Shown: piece by piece, positions 1-13,744 of the stretch | Numbering within the stretch: position 1 is the stretch's first letter | Layout: each line of letters begins with the position of its first letter | Assembly (NCBI GenBank): GCA_009914755.4 | Contig: CP068257.2 | Span: 26,272,001-26,336,000 of the forward strand | DNA from: the human T2T-CHM13v2.0 reference genome, Homo sapiens | Direction of reading: 5' to 3' | DNA: 64,000 bases | Notes under the pieces: generated by a model | What the model was told of the DNA's origin: nothing | Database searches by the model: none | Seen by the model: only the letters and a program-made list of their open reading frames with translations | Translations under genes and position numbers: made by a program

Positions 1-870
1 AGTATATGTGACAGTACATAACAATATATGTAGGGATTTATTTCTGTACTCTCTATTCTATTTCATTGGTGTATCTGTCTGCTTTGTGCTACTATTATGC
101 TATTTTAATTATTGTAGCTTTGTAATGTATTTTGAAACCTGGTAGCGTTATGCCTTCATCTTTGTTCTTCTTTCACAAGATTGCTTTGGTTACTCAGGGT
201 CTTTTTTGGTTCCATATGAATTTTATAATTGTTTTCAATTTTTGTAAAAACTTGCCATTGGGATTTTCATAGGGATGTTATTGAATCTATACCCTGTTTT
301 GGATAGTATGGACATTTTAACATGAAGTTTTATTCAATGTTTACTCTCATCTCAGTGAATGAGAACTGGAAAAGAAAACTTAGAGCAGCATTTATTCTAC
401 TGATTTTGATTATTTCTGTTTTTCTGATTCATTTGGAAGTGGGTGAGTGGGTGACTGAAGAATCTCAGTGGAATTTTTAAGCCTACCAAAAAAAACAGCT
501 TTACTGGGTCAAAAATTACTCAGGGTAAGTCAGAGATATGACTCTAAACTTATTTAAAGATCCCACTGTAATTTCCAGCCACCCACTACAAAATCAGCCA
601 GTGAAGCAGAAATCATCAAAACTATTTGAGTAAGTGCCATTCTGCATTCTCTTTTCAATTTTCTTTTCTAGTTTTCATTCACTGAAGTGAAGAATAAGCA
701 TTGAATATAACTTCGTGTGATTTTATGGTTCTTAAGTGGTGTCCAATTTCAGAAAAGAAAAATAAGTCTCTTTCCTGATGTACTTCATGCTGCTTTGATG
801 ACCACTGCCTTGGTTTATGCATTTTTCTTCATATGAATTTCAGCAGTGACCTTTTTATGGATATGTTATT

Positions 871-886
871 AGTAGTAGTAGTAGTA
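871..886. repeat. (AGT)n microsatellite, about 5 units
   Basis: Direct read: agtagtagtagtagta immediately upstream of an Alu. Confidence 0.9.
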
Positions 887-892
887 TCATCA

Positions 893-1282
<390 letters not shown>

Positions 1283-1296
1283 TAAAATTCTAAGCA

Positions 1297-1352
1297 ATGT
1301 TCACACACATGCATACACACATAAACACACACGCACACACATGCATACACAC
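1297..1352. repeat. Imperfect CA/CATA-rich simple repeat
   Basis: cacacacatgcatacacacataaacacacacgcacacacatgcatacacac. Confidence 0.8.
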
Positions 1353-1689
1353 TGAGAACGTACTATCCACCAGGAATGGTCCTAATTGACATACCAAAGA
1401 TGTATAAAAATTAAGTTGATCTTCACAACAATCAAATGGGTGGGTACCATTATTATCCTATTATGTGGATGAGTAAAGAAACTGGACTCAGAGAGATAAT
1501 TTGCTCAAGTTTGCACAGCTATTGAAAGAGATTTGCCTGATTTCAAACCCAGTTAGGCTTATTCTTCATCTTAGGCACTACATAGGTAAGTTTTGTGTAC
1601 AAATATTGGCATTGTTTTAAATTGCAAATAATTAGCGAATTGATCTGAAATTAGCCAAACGGTTTGAAAATTAATACACGATAAGATTA

Positions 1690-1930
1690 ATACAGATCCT
1701 TAATCTGAAATGCTAAGGAACAGAAGTGTTTTGGATTTTAGGGTTTTTTGGATTTTGAGATATTTGCATTATTCTGTTTGAGCATCCCAAATCTGAAATA
1801 TTTGAAGCATTTTACTCAGCATTTTGTTTGAGCATCACTTCAATACTCAAAAGTTTTAAACTGAGCATTCAGAATTACAAATTTTCAAATCTAGGATGTT
1901 TCACCTGTATCTCAGTACGATATATTCAAA
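1690..1930. mobile_element. Possible DNA-transposon fossil, Tc1/mariner Tigger/MER-like; family unverified
   Basis: Motifs ggattttagggttttttggattttgagatatttgcat, and twice-repeated gtttgagcatc ... aatctgaaat, resemble Tigger/MER terminal and subterminal repeats as I recall them. No TIRs confirmed. Confidence 0.3.
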
Positions 1931-2149
1931 TTTTACAGTATTTGCTGGCTACATATACAATACAAAACATTATGTTCAATCCAAAACATTCTGTGTTGAA
2001 AAATATTTAATATTCTAGAGAGTATTGAAAATAATGTTATAACAATCAGTAAAAAAAATTACACTATATATGAATGCTGAATGAGTCTAAAATACCAATA
2101 TTAAAACAAAATATTTAAATTGGTTAACTCCCATTAAAACTGTGGTTGT

Positions 2150-2649
<500 letters not shown>

Positions 2650-3794
2650 TCACCTGTCATCCACCTAACATTGTTCTAGAAGGAATATGTAATGAATGAT
2701 TGAACTTTCCTTCGCATATTTGTACACACCATTGTTTCTAAGAAATAAAGCCACATTGCAGCAACTAACTAATTAAAGAGAATGAATGAATGACAAGGAT
2801 TTCTAGAAAAGCATGTTTCCAGATCTCTGCATATAAGCGAAGTGCCTGCCTAGGTTTCTTTGTGATTCTCTTGGTATAAATGAATTCAGAAGGTGGGAAC
2901 TCTTTTATTATCTAGTTATATCATAAAGATGATAGAATACTTCATAAGATTTAAATGTCTAAATGCACAGAATATGCTTTTAAATTAATTATCCTCACAT
3001 GACAGTTGGGGGAATATCCAGTAAAATTATCGGAAACCAAAATTCTTACACAGCAGTTCGAGAAATGAAATAGAAAAGTGTTGTGAAAGAGAGTAGCAAA
3101 TGGGACATGTGCCAAGTGGGCAAATGAGGGTCTAAGTCAACATATTTTACTCCAGAATTTTCTCCTCACCACATTTCTTCTCATTCTGGTCATTGGCAGT
3201 CTGTGACAACAATACTTCCTGAAAATGTGTTGCAGCTGTAGAGTAATTCCATAGCAGATTTATTTTCCTTTGGCACTTTTTGTAATTGGCATTGAGGAAA
3301 CATACAAGAATTATTCCTTATCTTTTTTACGTTGGCAAGTTTTATATTGTTTAAACGATTTCTTTAGTTGTGTAAAATATCATTTGGTAGAATATTAGAA
3401 GAAGTTTGGGCTTTCAAGTTTGTTGATTTGAGTGAGAGGTATATTGACCAGTTTTAGCACAAGATAGAATTTAATTATCTTGGCTACTTAGGAAAAAATA
3501 CACACAGAGATACATACACACAGACAAGCAAATATCTTCAATAGTATCATATCTAATGTATATGTTTTCCTTAGAGCCTTAACTGAAACATACATGCTAA
3601 ATTTTATACAGATATTTTATCTCAATATACACAAGTTACATATGTGGATATAATATGAAGTTGAAAATCCTGAAGATAACCATATGTGATGAGTTTATTG
3701 TTAAGATCAGAAAATACGAATGTTCTGAACTCCACAAAAACTCGGCAAATGTAATTACAAAAAACGCAAAAATGTTCAAAAGTGTATTTACTAA

Positions 3795-4261
3795 ACTTTT
3801 TAGTATTACTGTTGTTTTTATTCTTTTTATTGATATATATCAGAGTTGTATATATTTTAGGGGTACATGGGATAGTTTGATACATGTATGTAATGTGAAA
3901 TGATCAAATCAGGGTTACTGGGTAATCTATTTTTTCCTTGTATTGGAAACACTATAGTTCTTTTCTAGCTATTTTGAAATATACAATAAAATATTAACAA
4001 TAAATTAGAACTTATTATTTCTGTCCAACTGTGTTATTTACTATTAACTAATTCTTTTTCATCCTCCCTACCCCTCTCACACTTTGATAACCACCATTCT
4101 ACTCTCTATCTCAAGGAAATCCACTTTCTTTGCTCCCCCATATGAGTGAGAACATGGAATGTTTGTCTTTCTGTGCCTGGGTTATTTCACTTAACATAAT
4201 GACATCCAGTTCTGTTTATGTTGCTGCAAATGACAAGATTTCATTTTTTTATGGCTAAATA
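3795..4261 (-). mobile_element. L1 (L1PA/L1PB-like) 3' terminal segment, antisense
   Basis: ggggtacatgggatagtttgatacatgta ... ccccatatgagtgagaacatggaatgtttgtctttctgtgcctgggttatttcacttaacataatg ... tttttatggctaaatagt is the reverse complement of the L1 3' end (ORF2 C-terminus plus 3'UTR). T-rich tail lies at the left. Confidence 0.85.
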
Positions 4262-4776
4262 GTGGCCAGCAAGAATACAAAAACAGTGCTCACTATTACC
4301 AATCATCAGGGAAATGCAAATCAAAACCACAATGAGATATCAACTCATCCCAGTTGGAATGGCTATTATTAAATAGAAATAAATAAAATATGTTAGCTAG
4401 GATGCAAAGAAAGGGGAACGCTCATACACTGTTACGGGAATGTAAAGTAGTACAGCCATATGGAAGACAGTATAGAAATTACTCAAAAACAAAACAAAAT
4501 AAAACAAAACAAAAAAAGCCTGTAATCCCAGCAGTTTGGGAGGTGAAGGCCGGCAGATCGCTTGAGGTTAGGAGTTCGACCAGCCTGGTCAACATGGGGA
4601 AACACTATCTCTACTAAAATTACAAAAATTAGCTTGGCGCGGTAGTGCATGCCTGTAATCCCAGCTACTTGGAAAGCTGAGGCAGGAGAATTGCTTGAAC
4701 CCAGGAGGTGGTGGTTATAGTGAGCCGAAATCATGCCAATGCACTCCAGCCTGAGTGGCAGAGCAAGACTCTGTCT

Positions 4777-4812
<36 letters not shown>

Positions 4813-5025
4813 ACGATGTAATCCATCAATCCCATTACTGGCTATATATCCAAAGAGGGGAAATCAGTATATTAAAGACATATCTGCACTCCCATATTCA
4901 TTGCAGCAATATTCACAATAGTGAAGCTATGGAATCAACCTAAGTGTCCATCAACAGATAAATGGATAAAGAGTATCTATATGTATATGAGTACATATAT
5001 GAAAAAATATATATGAATCCTAAAC
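4262..5025 (+). mobile_element. L1 ORF2 3'-region segment in sense orientation; inverted 5' part of the same minus-strand L1 insertion (twin-priming structure), interrupted by an Alu
   Basis: atcatcagggaaatgcaaatcaaaaccacaatgagata ... gggaatgtaaagtagtacagccatatggaagacagtatagaaatt ... (Alu) ... atccatcaatcccattactggctatatatccaaagagg ... cattgcagcaatattcacaatagtgaagctatggaatcaacctaagtgtccatcaacagataaatggataaag matches L1 sense ORF2. In L1 coordinates it ends where the antisense piece to the left begins. Confidence 0.8.
4518..4807 (+). mobile_element. Alu SINE, slightly 5'-truncated, sense, about 28-nt poly-A; nested in L1
   Basis: gcctgtaatcccagcagtttgggaggtgaaggccggcagatcgcttgag ... actccagcctgagtggcagagcaagactctgtctcaaaaaaaa. 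ORFs 4390-4617, 4483-4779, 4733-4943 are Alu/poly-A translations. Confidence 0.88.
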
Positions 5026-5029
5026 TTTG

Positions 5030-8000
5030 TAAGAAATTAGTATAGTTTTAGGCTTACAGAAGAACTGTGAGGGCGACAGAGTTTTCATGTGCACCACACT
5101 GAGTTTTTATTGTTGCAAACATTATACATTAGTATGGTAACTTTTTTTACAATTAATAAACAAATACAAGTATATTATTTTAACAGTAGTCTACACTTTA
5201 TTCAGGTTTCCTTGGCTTTAGATTTCTGTCCCAGGATCCCATCAAGAATAAAATTACATTTTTCTGTCATGTCTCCTTAGGCTACTGTGGGCCATGACAA
5301 TTTCTTAGAGGTTTTCTGTTTTTGATGACTGATATGGTTTGACTGTGTCCCCACCCAAATCTCAACTTGAATTATATCAGTAGAGTGGAGAGTTGCTGAA
5401 AAGATACCCAAAATATGTAAGCAACTTTGGAACTGCATAACAGGCAGAGGTTGGAACAGTTTGGAGGGCTCAGAAGAAGACAGGAAAATGGGGGAAATTT
5501 TGGAAAGCATGATTGGTTCTGAAATGTGAGGACACGAGATTTCGAGGGGTTGAGGTGAAATGATATGGTTTGGCTGTGTCCCCATCCAATCACTTGTTGA
5601 ATGGCTTTGATAAAATGCTGATAGTGATATGAACAATAAGGTCCAGGGTGAGGTGGTCTAAGATGGAGATGAAGAACTTATAGGGAACTGGAGCAAAGGT
5701 GATTCTTGTTATGTTTTAGCAAAGAGACTAGTAGCACTTGTCCCTGCCCTAGAGATCTGTGGAATATTGAACTTGAGATTATTTAAGATACCTGGCAGAA
5801 GAAATTTCTAAGCAGCAAAGCATTCAAAAGGTGACTCGGTGCTGTTAAAAGCATTTTGTTTGGGAAGGGAAACAGCATAAAAGTTCAGAAAGTTTGCAGC
5901 CTGACAATGCAGTAGAAAAGAAAAACCCATTTTTTTGTGGAGAAATTCAAGCCAGCTGCAGAAATTTGCATAAGTAGCAAGGAGGCTAATGCTAATCCCC
6001 AAGACCATGGAGAAGATGTCTCCAGGCCATGTCAGAGACCTTCAGGGAAGCCCCTCCCATCATAAGCCCAGAGGCCGAGGAGGAAAAAGTGGTTTTGTGG
6101 GCCAGGCCCAGGGTCCACATGCTGTGGACTTGGTACCTTGTGTCCCAGCTGCTTCAGACGTGGCTCCAAAGGGCCAATGTAGAGCTTGGGCTGTGACTTC
6201 AGAGGGTGGAAGCCCTAAGCCTTTGCAGTTTGCACATGGTGTTGAGCCTGTTGGTGCACAGAAGTCAAGAATTGAGGTTTGGGAACCTCCATCTAGATTT
6301 CAGAAGATGTATGGAAACTCCTGGATGCCCAGGCGAGTTTGCTGCAGGGGTGGGGCCCTCAGGGAGAACCTCTACTAAGGCACTGTGGAAGGGAAATGTG
6401 GGGTTGGAGCCCCCACACAGAGTCCCTACTTGGGCACTGCCTAGTGGAGCTGTGAGAAGAGGGCCACCGTCCTCCAGACCCCAGAATGGTAGATCTACCG
6501 ACAGCTTGCACCATGCACCTGGAAAAGCCACAGACACTCAGTGCCAGCCCATGAAAGTGGCTGGGAGGGAGGCTGTACCCTGCAAAGTCACAAAGGTGGA
6601 ACTGCCCAAGACCATGAGAACCCACCTCTTGCATCAGCATAACCTGGATGTGAGAACTAAAGTCAAAGGAGATCATTTTGAAGCTTTAAGATTTGACTTC
6701 CCCACTGGATTTTGGACTTGCAAGGGGCCTGTAACCCCTTTGTTTTGGCCAATTTCTCCTATTTAAAACAGCTGTATTTACCCAATACCTGTACCCCCAT
6801 TGTATCTAAGAAGTAACTAGTTTGATTTTGATTTTACAGGCTCATAGGTGGAAAGGACTTGCCTTGTCTCAGATGAGACTTTGGACTGTGCACTTTTGAG
6901 TTAATGGTGGAATGAGTTGAGACTTTGAAGGACTGTTGGGAAGGCATGATTGGTTCTGAAATGTGAGGACACGAGATTTCGAGGGGTCAGGGTGGAATGA
7001 TATGGTTTGGCTGTGTCCCCATCCAAATCACAACTTGAATTGTATCTCTCAGAATTCCCACATGTTGTAGGGGGCACTCAGGGGGAGGTAATTGAATCAT
7101 GGGAGAACAGTCATTTCCATGCTATTCTCATGATAGTGAATAAGTCTCACACTATCCAGTGGTTTTATCAGGGGTTTCCCCTTTGCTTGCTCCTCATTTT
7201 CCCTTGCTGCTGCCATGTAAGAAGTGCCTTTTGCCTCCCGCCATGATTCTGAGGCCTCCCCAGCCATGTGGAACTGTAAGTTCAGTTAAACCTCTTTTGC
7301 TTCCCAGTCTTGGGTATGTCTTTATCAGCAGTGAGTAAACAGACTGATGCAATGACCTGAGAGTTTTGAGGGGGTACTCATCATGTACTTCGCAGAATGC
7401 TCAATCAGGTTTTTTCTAATGCTTTTCTCATCATAAGACATAGGTTATTGGTTTTTAAAAGGAAGACCACAAGGTAAAGTGTAATTCTCATCACATTACA
7501 TTAAAAGTAGATACTGTAAGTATAATCTACCACTGATTTTATTGTGTATGTTTAAACTGTACAACATGTCTTGATATACATAGTGAAATAATTAGCATAA
7601 TCAAGCAAATTAATGTATCTATCACTTTACATTGTTTTTGCGTGTGAGGTAAGAGCACCTAAAATGTATTACTGTTGATGTTAATCTTGATCACGTAGCT
7701 GATAGAGTTTGTCATTTTCCTTGACCATAAACTTACTTTTTTCCCCCTTTCTACACTGTAGTCTTTGGGAGGAAGTCACTGCACAGCCTACATTTAAAGA
7801 ATGAGGGCTTATTCTCTACCTCCTTGAGGGCAGAGTGTAATGTAGATACTCATCTATGTTACTTTTACTCTTTATGTAAATTACTTCGAAATTTTCTGCA
7901 TCAGAGATTTGTCTCTTCTCTCCTATTTGTTTATTCATTTATTTATATTGCAACATATTTGTATGGACTCACAAATATATTTCTTAAGCTGGGGTTTATA

Positions 8001-10980
8001 TTCAGTATTTAACACTATTTTGTTTTTCAAGGTGTTCTAGCTTTGGCCATTGGGAGCTATTTTAGTTGGCTCCTGTGTCTTTTGTGTGTCTTTGACACAA
8101 TTCTATCATTGTGAGTATTTCTGTTTGTTTGTTTTGGTTTTTTGCACTTGCTTGCCTTCTACCCCTACAAGGTATTCCAAGCACATCTCCTATATTTCTT
8201 GACTCAATCCTAGAACCAGCCACTTCTCCAAAGATTCATGGTTCCTTTTAACAGAGAATAGTATTAGGAACCAAGATCTAAGTGCTAAGTGGGCTTATTG
8301 CTACTTCAGTGTTGATGCTTCCAGACTATGTCAACTGACAGAGAAAAAAAAATGTGTGAGTATATTAACCCATGTATATACACATATTAATAAATATATC
8401 TATATTTCTATAGCCAGAAATATCTATATTAAGCAAAATGTAAGTTCATACTGGTGTATTGAAGTCTACTGTAATAACACATGGATAATTCCAGCCGTAT
8501 CTCCTTGGTCACTGCAATCTCTCGTTCCAAAAGTAAGAAAACTGCCTGTCAGCCACTGTCAGACAATCATTTATATAGTTGTTCAACTCCATTATGTTTG
8601 TATAGTGGTATGAGGATTGTTAATCTGTACCCCTGTGTAAACACCCTTTTCAACTAGAATATGGTGCTTATGTAGTTTCTTTTGCCTTTACTATTACAGA
8701 CTCATCTCCATTTATTTTCAAAGTTACTTATGTCACCACTGTTATCCTCCACTCCCTTCAGATAAGATATTTCATACATTTGTAATACAGTTAGATATTT
8801 TTTGTCTCAGCCTGAATTCCATCTTGGAGTCTCCTGACCTCTAAATGACTTTTTAAAAAATCTGTGTAAGGTTAGGTTTACTTTTTGTTTTGTAAAGTTC
8901 TGTGGATTGCAACAGACTGATAGTGTATGTACTCAATATTTCAGCATCACACAGAATAATCTCAGCTCCCTAAAAAACCTCTGTGTTCCATCTCTTCACT
9001 ACTGTCACCCATCCCACAAACCCCCACTGAATGCCTGGCAACCACTGGTATGTTAAGCATATCTATAGTTTAGCCTTTTTAAAAAATAGCATATGAATAT
9101 AATCATATGGTAAGTAGCATTTTCCAGCTGGATAGTTTTCCTTAGCAATATGCATTTAAGATTCACCCATATCTTTGCATGGCTTGACACTTCATCCTTT
9201 TTTATTATTTAATAGTATTTCATTGAATGGATTTTTTGTATTATGCTTATCTATTTACTTATTGAAGGACACTCTGGTTGCTTACAGTTTTTGGTGATTA
9301 TGAATAAAAATACAATAAACATAGCTTTGTTAAGAAATTGTCAAACTGTTTTCCAGGGTGGCTGTATCATTTGCAGTTCCACTAGCAAGAATGGTTGCTC
9401 AGCCTCCTTCCCTGTGATTGATGTTATCAGGTTTATTTGGGAGACAGGAGGGAGCTCTTAGCCGCAGTCCAACAGTTGTGTAGTGGTATATCATCATTGT
9501 TTTCATTTGAAGCAAATTTTCAAGCAAATGATGTATCATTTTCTTAGGTGCCATCTGTTACATTTAGTAATGTAACGGTTTATATATTTTGCTCATTTTT
9601 AATTGGGTCTTTTGGTTTAATATTGCTGACTTTTAGTGTTCCTAGCATGCTTTGGATACTACTCATTTATCAGATATATTTTGCAAATGCTTTCTCCACG
9701 TGCATGGCTTCACTTTTTATTCTATCAACAGTCACTTTCACAAAATATTTCATTTTTAATGAAATAGAAGATCAATATTTTATTTCATTAATCATCCTTT
9801 TGTTGTTTTATCTAAAAACTTGTCATCAAATTCAAGGGCATGTAGATTTTGCCCACGTTTTCTTCTAGAGCTTTTATAGTTTGTCATTTTACATTTAGGT
9901 CTATGATGCATTTTAACTTAATTTTTCAGTAAAGTGTAAAGTCTGTGTTTAGGATTATTTTATCATATGACCATCCAAATAAGTCTATCTTTACTCCATT
10001 GAACTGAATTTTTGCCTTTGTCAAAAATCAATTGACAATATTTGTGTGGGTCTAGTATGCTTTATTCTATTGATTCACATGTTTTGTTTTGTTTTGTTTT
10101 TCCTTTGGCAAACTACACTGTCTCAATTATAGTTGCCTTATAGTAAATTTAAAAATTGGGTAGTATGAGTCCTCCAACTTTGTTATTCTTTTTCAGTACT
10201 GTGTGGGATATTCTAGAGCCTTTGCTTTTCCATATGAACTTCAGAAAACTATTATATCTACAAAATAGTTTTCTGGGTTTTGACTGAGTTTGCATTGAAT
10301 CTATAGATCAAATTGGCAAGAATTAACATCAAATATAAATATATGTATATTTTTTATTTAATTTCAAATTTAATTGTTTATTATTGGTATTTAGGAAAGC
10401 AATTGACTTTGTACATTTAAAATGTACCATGCAATGTGCTATACTACTCATTAGTGACAGGAGTTTTTTGGTGGATTCTTTGAGGTTACTTACATAGACA
10501 GTTACATCATTTGTAATGAAAGACGGTTTTATTTCTTTCCTTTTCATAGTTTATAAATAGAATTTATTTTAATGTCATATTGCACAAACTAGGACTTTCA
10601 GTATGTTGTTTAATAGCATGGGAAAACATCTTTGCCTTCTTCTGAATCTTAGGAGAAAAGTGTTCAGTGTTGTAAGTTAAGTATGATGTTAATTGTAGGT
10701 TTTGTGTAAATGTATCTTATTGAGGTGAGAAAATTCCCCTTTTACCCTAGGTTTTCTGAGATTCATTATCATAAATGAGTGTTGAGTTTTGTCAAATGCA
10801 TTTTTGATATCAACTCATATAATCATATACTTTTTTCTTTAACATGTTGATATGGTGGATTACATTTATTGAATATTTAATGGTGAATCACTCTTGTATA
10901 CCTCAATCCTTCATTTGTGTTGCAATGAAAAAGGGATGTATTGTTATTGGTCTGTTTCACTTTGTTACGATATATGGTTG
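5030..10980 (-). mobile_element. Old L1 (L1M-family) long 3'UTR plus ORF2 region, antisense; split by the THE1 insertion at 5330-7351
   Basis: Left part ...gtcatgtctccttaggctactgtgg ... tttttgatgac resumes after THE1 as ctgagagttttgagggggtactc ... aaggaagaccacaaggtaaagtgtaattctcatcacat ... ccttgagggcagagtgtaatgtagatac ... gctttggccattgggagctattttagttggctcctgtgtc, which is L1M 3'UTR antisense. 8700-10980 matches L1 ORF2 antisense (ccattgaactgaatttttgcctttgtcaaaaatcaattgac ... tccaactttgttattctttttcag ... gcattgaatctatagatcaaattggcaagaattaacatc ... gagttttgtcaaatgcatttttgatatcaactcat). Confidence 0.75.
5330..7351 (+). mobile_element. THE1-type ERVL-MaLR element (LTR-internal-LTR), with collapsed 5' LTR and 5-bp TSD ATGAC
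   Basis: Starts tgatatggtttgactgtgtccccacccaaatctcaacttgaatt (THE1 LTR start), but only about 49 bp of 5' LTR. Internal region ggaactgcataacaggcagaggttggaacagtttggagggctcagaagaagac ... gacttttgagttaatggtggaatgagttgagactttgaaggactgttgggaaggcatgattggttctgaaatgtgagg. 3' LTR 6998-7351 tgatatggtttggctgtgtccccatccaaatc ... ccagccatgtggaactgtaagttcagttaaacctc ... gtaaacagactgatgca. atgac flanks both ends (5325-5329 and 7352-7356). ORFs 5989-6378, 6206-6766, 6265-6537, 6359-6676 lie in the non-coding THE1 internal region. Confidence 0.85.
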
Positions 10981-11313
10981 TCCATACTGTCTACTCATGC
11001 CCCAATATCTTGTAGATATTTAAAAAATAAAACAGCTCTTTAAATTTTTCCTATACCCTTGATTTGTTGAGAGTTTAATGAAGAAACAGAAAACACTTTG
11101 AATATTTTAAGCAAGAAAGAATTCATTAAAGTAAGTAAATGCTTACAAATTTATTGACAGAGGAAAAGGAGCAAAAGTCAGGGACGGCCAATGAAGTATA
11201 GATCTCTCACAGCGGTTTCCATAGAAGAACGTTAATTAGTATAGTGACTAATAATAATAAAAATAGCTAATCTTTTTCAAGAATTTACCATGTGACAGAA
11301 ACATAGATCTAGG

Positions 11314-11659
<346 letters not shown>

Positions 11660-11704
11660 TCAAGGTAGACCAAGACCAGTAGATTAAAACAGAAATCAGA
11701 GATG

Positions 11705-12076
11705 TGCTATGGTTTGGCCCTGTGTCGCCACCCAAATCTCGTCTAGAATTGTAATCCCCAACTGTTGAGAGAGGAACCTGGTGGGAGGTGATTGTATCGT
11801 GGGAGCCATTTCCCCTGTGCTGTTCTTGTTATGGTGAATGAGTTCTCATGAGATCTGATGTTTTTAAAGTAGCAGTTTCCCCTGTGCACACACACACTCT
11901 CTCTCCTGCCACCTTGTAAAGAAGGTACTTGGTTCTCCTTCACCTTCCACCATAATTGTAAGTTCCCTGAGGCCTTCCCAGCCATGCAGAACAGTGAGTC
12001 AATTAAACATCTTTCCTTTATAAATTACACAGTCTCAGGCAGTTCTTTATAACAGTGTGAAAACGAATTAATACAA
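11705..12076 (+). mobile_element. Solo MaLR LTR, THE1/MST-like
   Basis: tgctatggtttggccctgtgtcgccacccaaatctcgtctagaattgtaatccccaactgttgagagaggaacctggtgggaggtgattg ... ccagccatgcagaacagtgagtcaattaaacatctttcctttataaattacacagtctcaggcag ... gtgtgaaaacgaattaatacaa parallels the THE1/MST LTR consensus along its whole length. ORF 11743-11985 is inside it. Confidence 0.75.
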
Positions 12077-13744
12077 AACTTCAATTTAACAATTAAATCA
12101 TGTGATAAATACAGTCCTCTCATCGTGTTGCTTAAAATTAGGGATCAGAATCTCAACGAGAGGAATAGAAATATTGCCTGATTTCAGACGAACACCCCCT
12201 TGTATTAATTTCCAGAAGTCAGAAACTATAGTCTATAAGCCAAAATTGGGCTCACCATGTGTTTTTATATGGCCAGCAAGCCAAGCATAGTTTCTTTATT
12301 TTTAAGTGATTGCATTTTAATGTATTATAAATGCTTACATCATATCCTCAATTTTGTCTCCTGGACCACAAAGCCTAAAATATTTACTACATGAATCTTT
12401 AAGAAAATAGTTTGCTGATCTCCTGATTTAGTCTACCAAACTACAATTAGTGTTGTTTTCATTTTTGTTCTCTATATGCATGTTGCCATTTTTACACTTC
12501 TTCAGAAAAACATTGAGAATTTTTCTACACTCACTATTTCCATTTGTGCCTAAGGACAACTTTTTCTTTTTCTTCTCTTTTTTTTTGAAGAAATTTGTTT
12601 ATGAACTTAGATAAAATTTATAGCTTTGCTTGAAAATTTGGTACTTACTACCTTTGCAATTCTCTTTATTTATTATTATTACTTTTATTTTTCCATAAGT
12701 TATTGGGGTACAGGAGGTATTTGGTTATATAAGTTCTTTAGTGGCGATTTGTGTGATTTTGGTGCACCCATTACCCAAGGAGTATACACTGCACCATACT
12801 CGGTCTTTTATCCCTCGCCCCTCTCCCACTTTTCCCCTCAAGTCCCAAAAGTCCATTGTATCATTCTTATGCCTTGTAATGTTTGTTTTTCCATTCCAGA
12901 GTTACTTCACTTAGAATTAAATAGTCTCCAAACACATCCAGGTCATTGCAAATGCTGTTAATTTATTCCTTTTTATGGCTGCGTAGTATTTCATAGTATA
13001 TATACCACAGTATGTTTATTCACTCATTGATTGATGGGCAGTTGATTCCATGATTTTGCAAGTGTGAATTGTGCTGCTATAATCATGCGTGTACAAGTAT
13101 CTTTTTTGAATAATGACTTATTTTCCTCTGGAGAGATACCCAATAGTGGGATTGCTGGATTAAATGGTAGTTCTACTTTTAATTCTTCAAGGAATCTCTA
13201 CACTGTTTTCCACAGTGGCTATACTACTTTACATTCCCACTAGCAGTGTAGAAGTGTTCCCTGTTCACTGCATCCACGTCAACATCTACTGTTTTTTGAT
13301 TTTTTGTTTATGGCCATTCTTGCAGGAGTAAGGTGATATCACATTGTGGTTTTGATTTGCATTTCTCTGATCATTAGTGATGTTGAGCATTTTTTCATAT
13401 GTTTGTTGGCCATTTGTATACCTTCTTCTCAGAATTGTTTATTGATATCCTTAGTCCACTTTTTGATGGGATTGTTTTTTACTTACTGATTTGTTTGAGT
13501 TCATTGCAGATTCTGGATATTACTCCTTCATCAGATGTATACATCATGAAGATTTTCTCCCACTCTGCGGGTTGTCTGTTTACTCTGCTGACTGTTCCTT
13601 TTACCATGCAAAAGAGTTTTAGTTTAATTAGGCCCCAGCTATTTATCTTTATTTTTATTGCATTTGCTTTTGGGTTCTTTGTCATGAAATCTTTGCCTAA
13701 CCCAATGTCTAGAAGGATTTTTCCAACATTATCTTCTAGAATTT

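Noticed and set aside
5989-6766. GC-rich ORFs of 129 aa and 186 aa (5989-6378, 6206-6766) and antisense partners (6265-6537, 6359-6676)
   Set aside because: They sit inside the internal region of the THE1/MaLR element. MaLR internal sequences are non-coding, and the translations are low-complexity with no recognisable domain.
12578-12592. Poly-T run (ctctttttttttgaag) about 60 bp upstream of the antisense L1 at 12650
   Set aside because: Considered as the L1 poly-A tail, but it is separated from the recognisable L1 3' end by unrelated sequence. It is more likely just a T-rich flank, and is not annotated separately.
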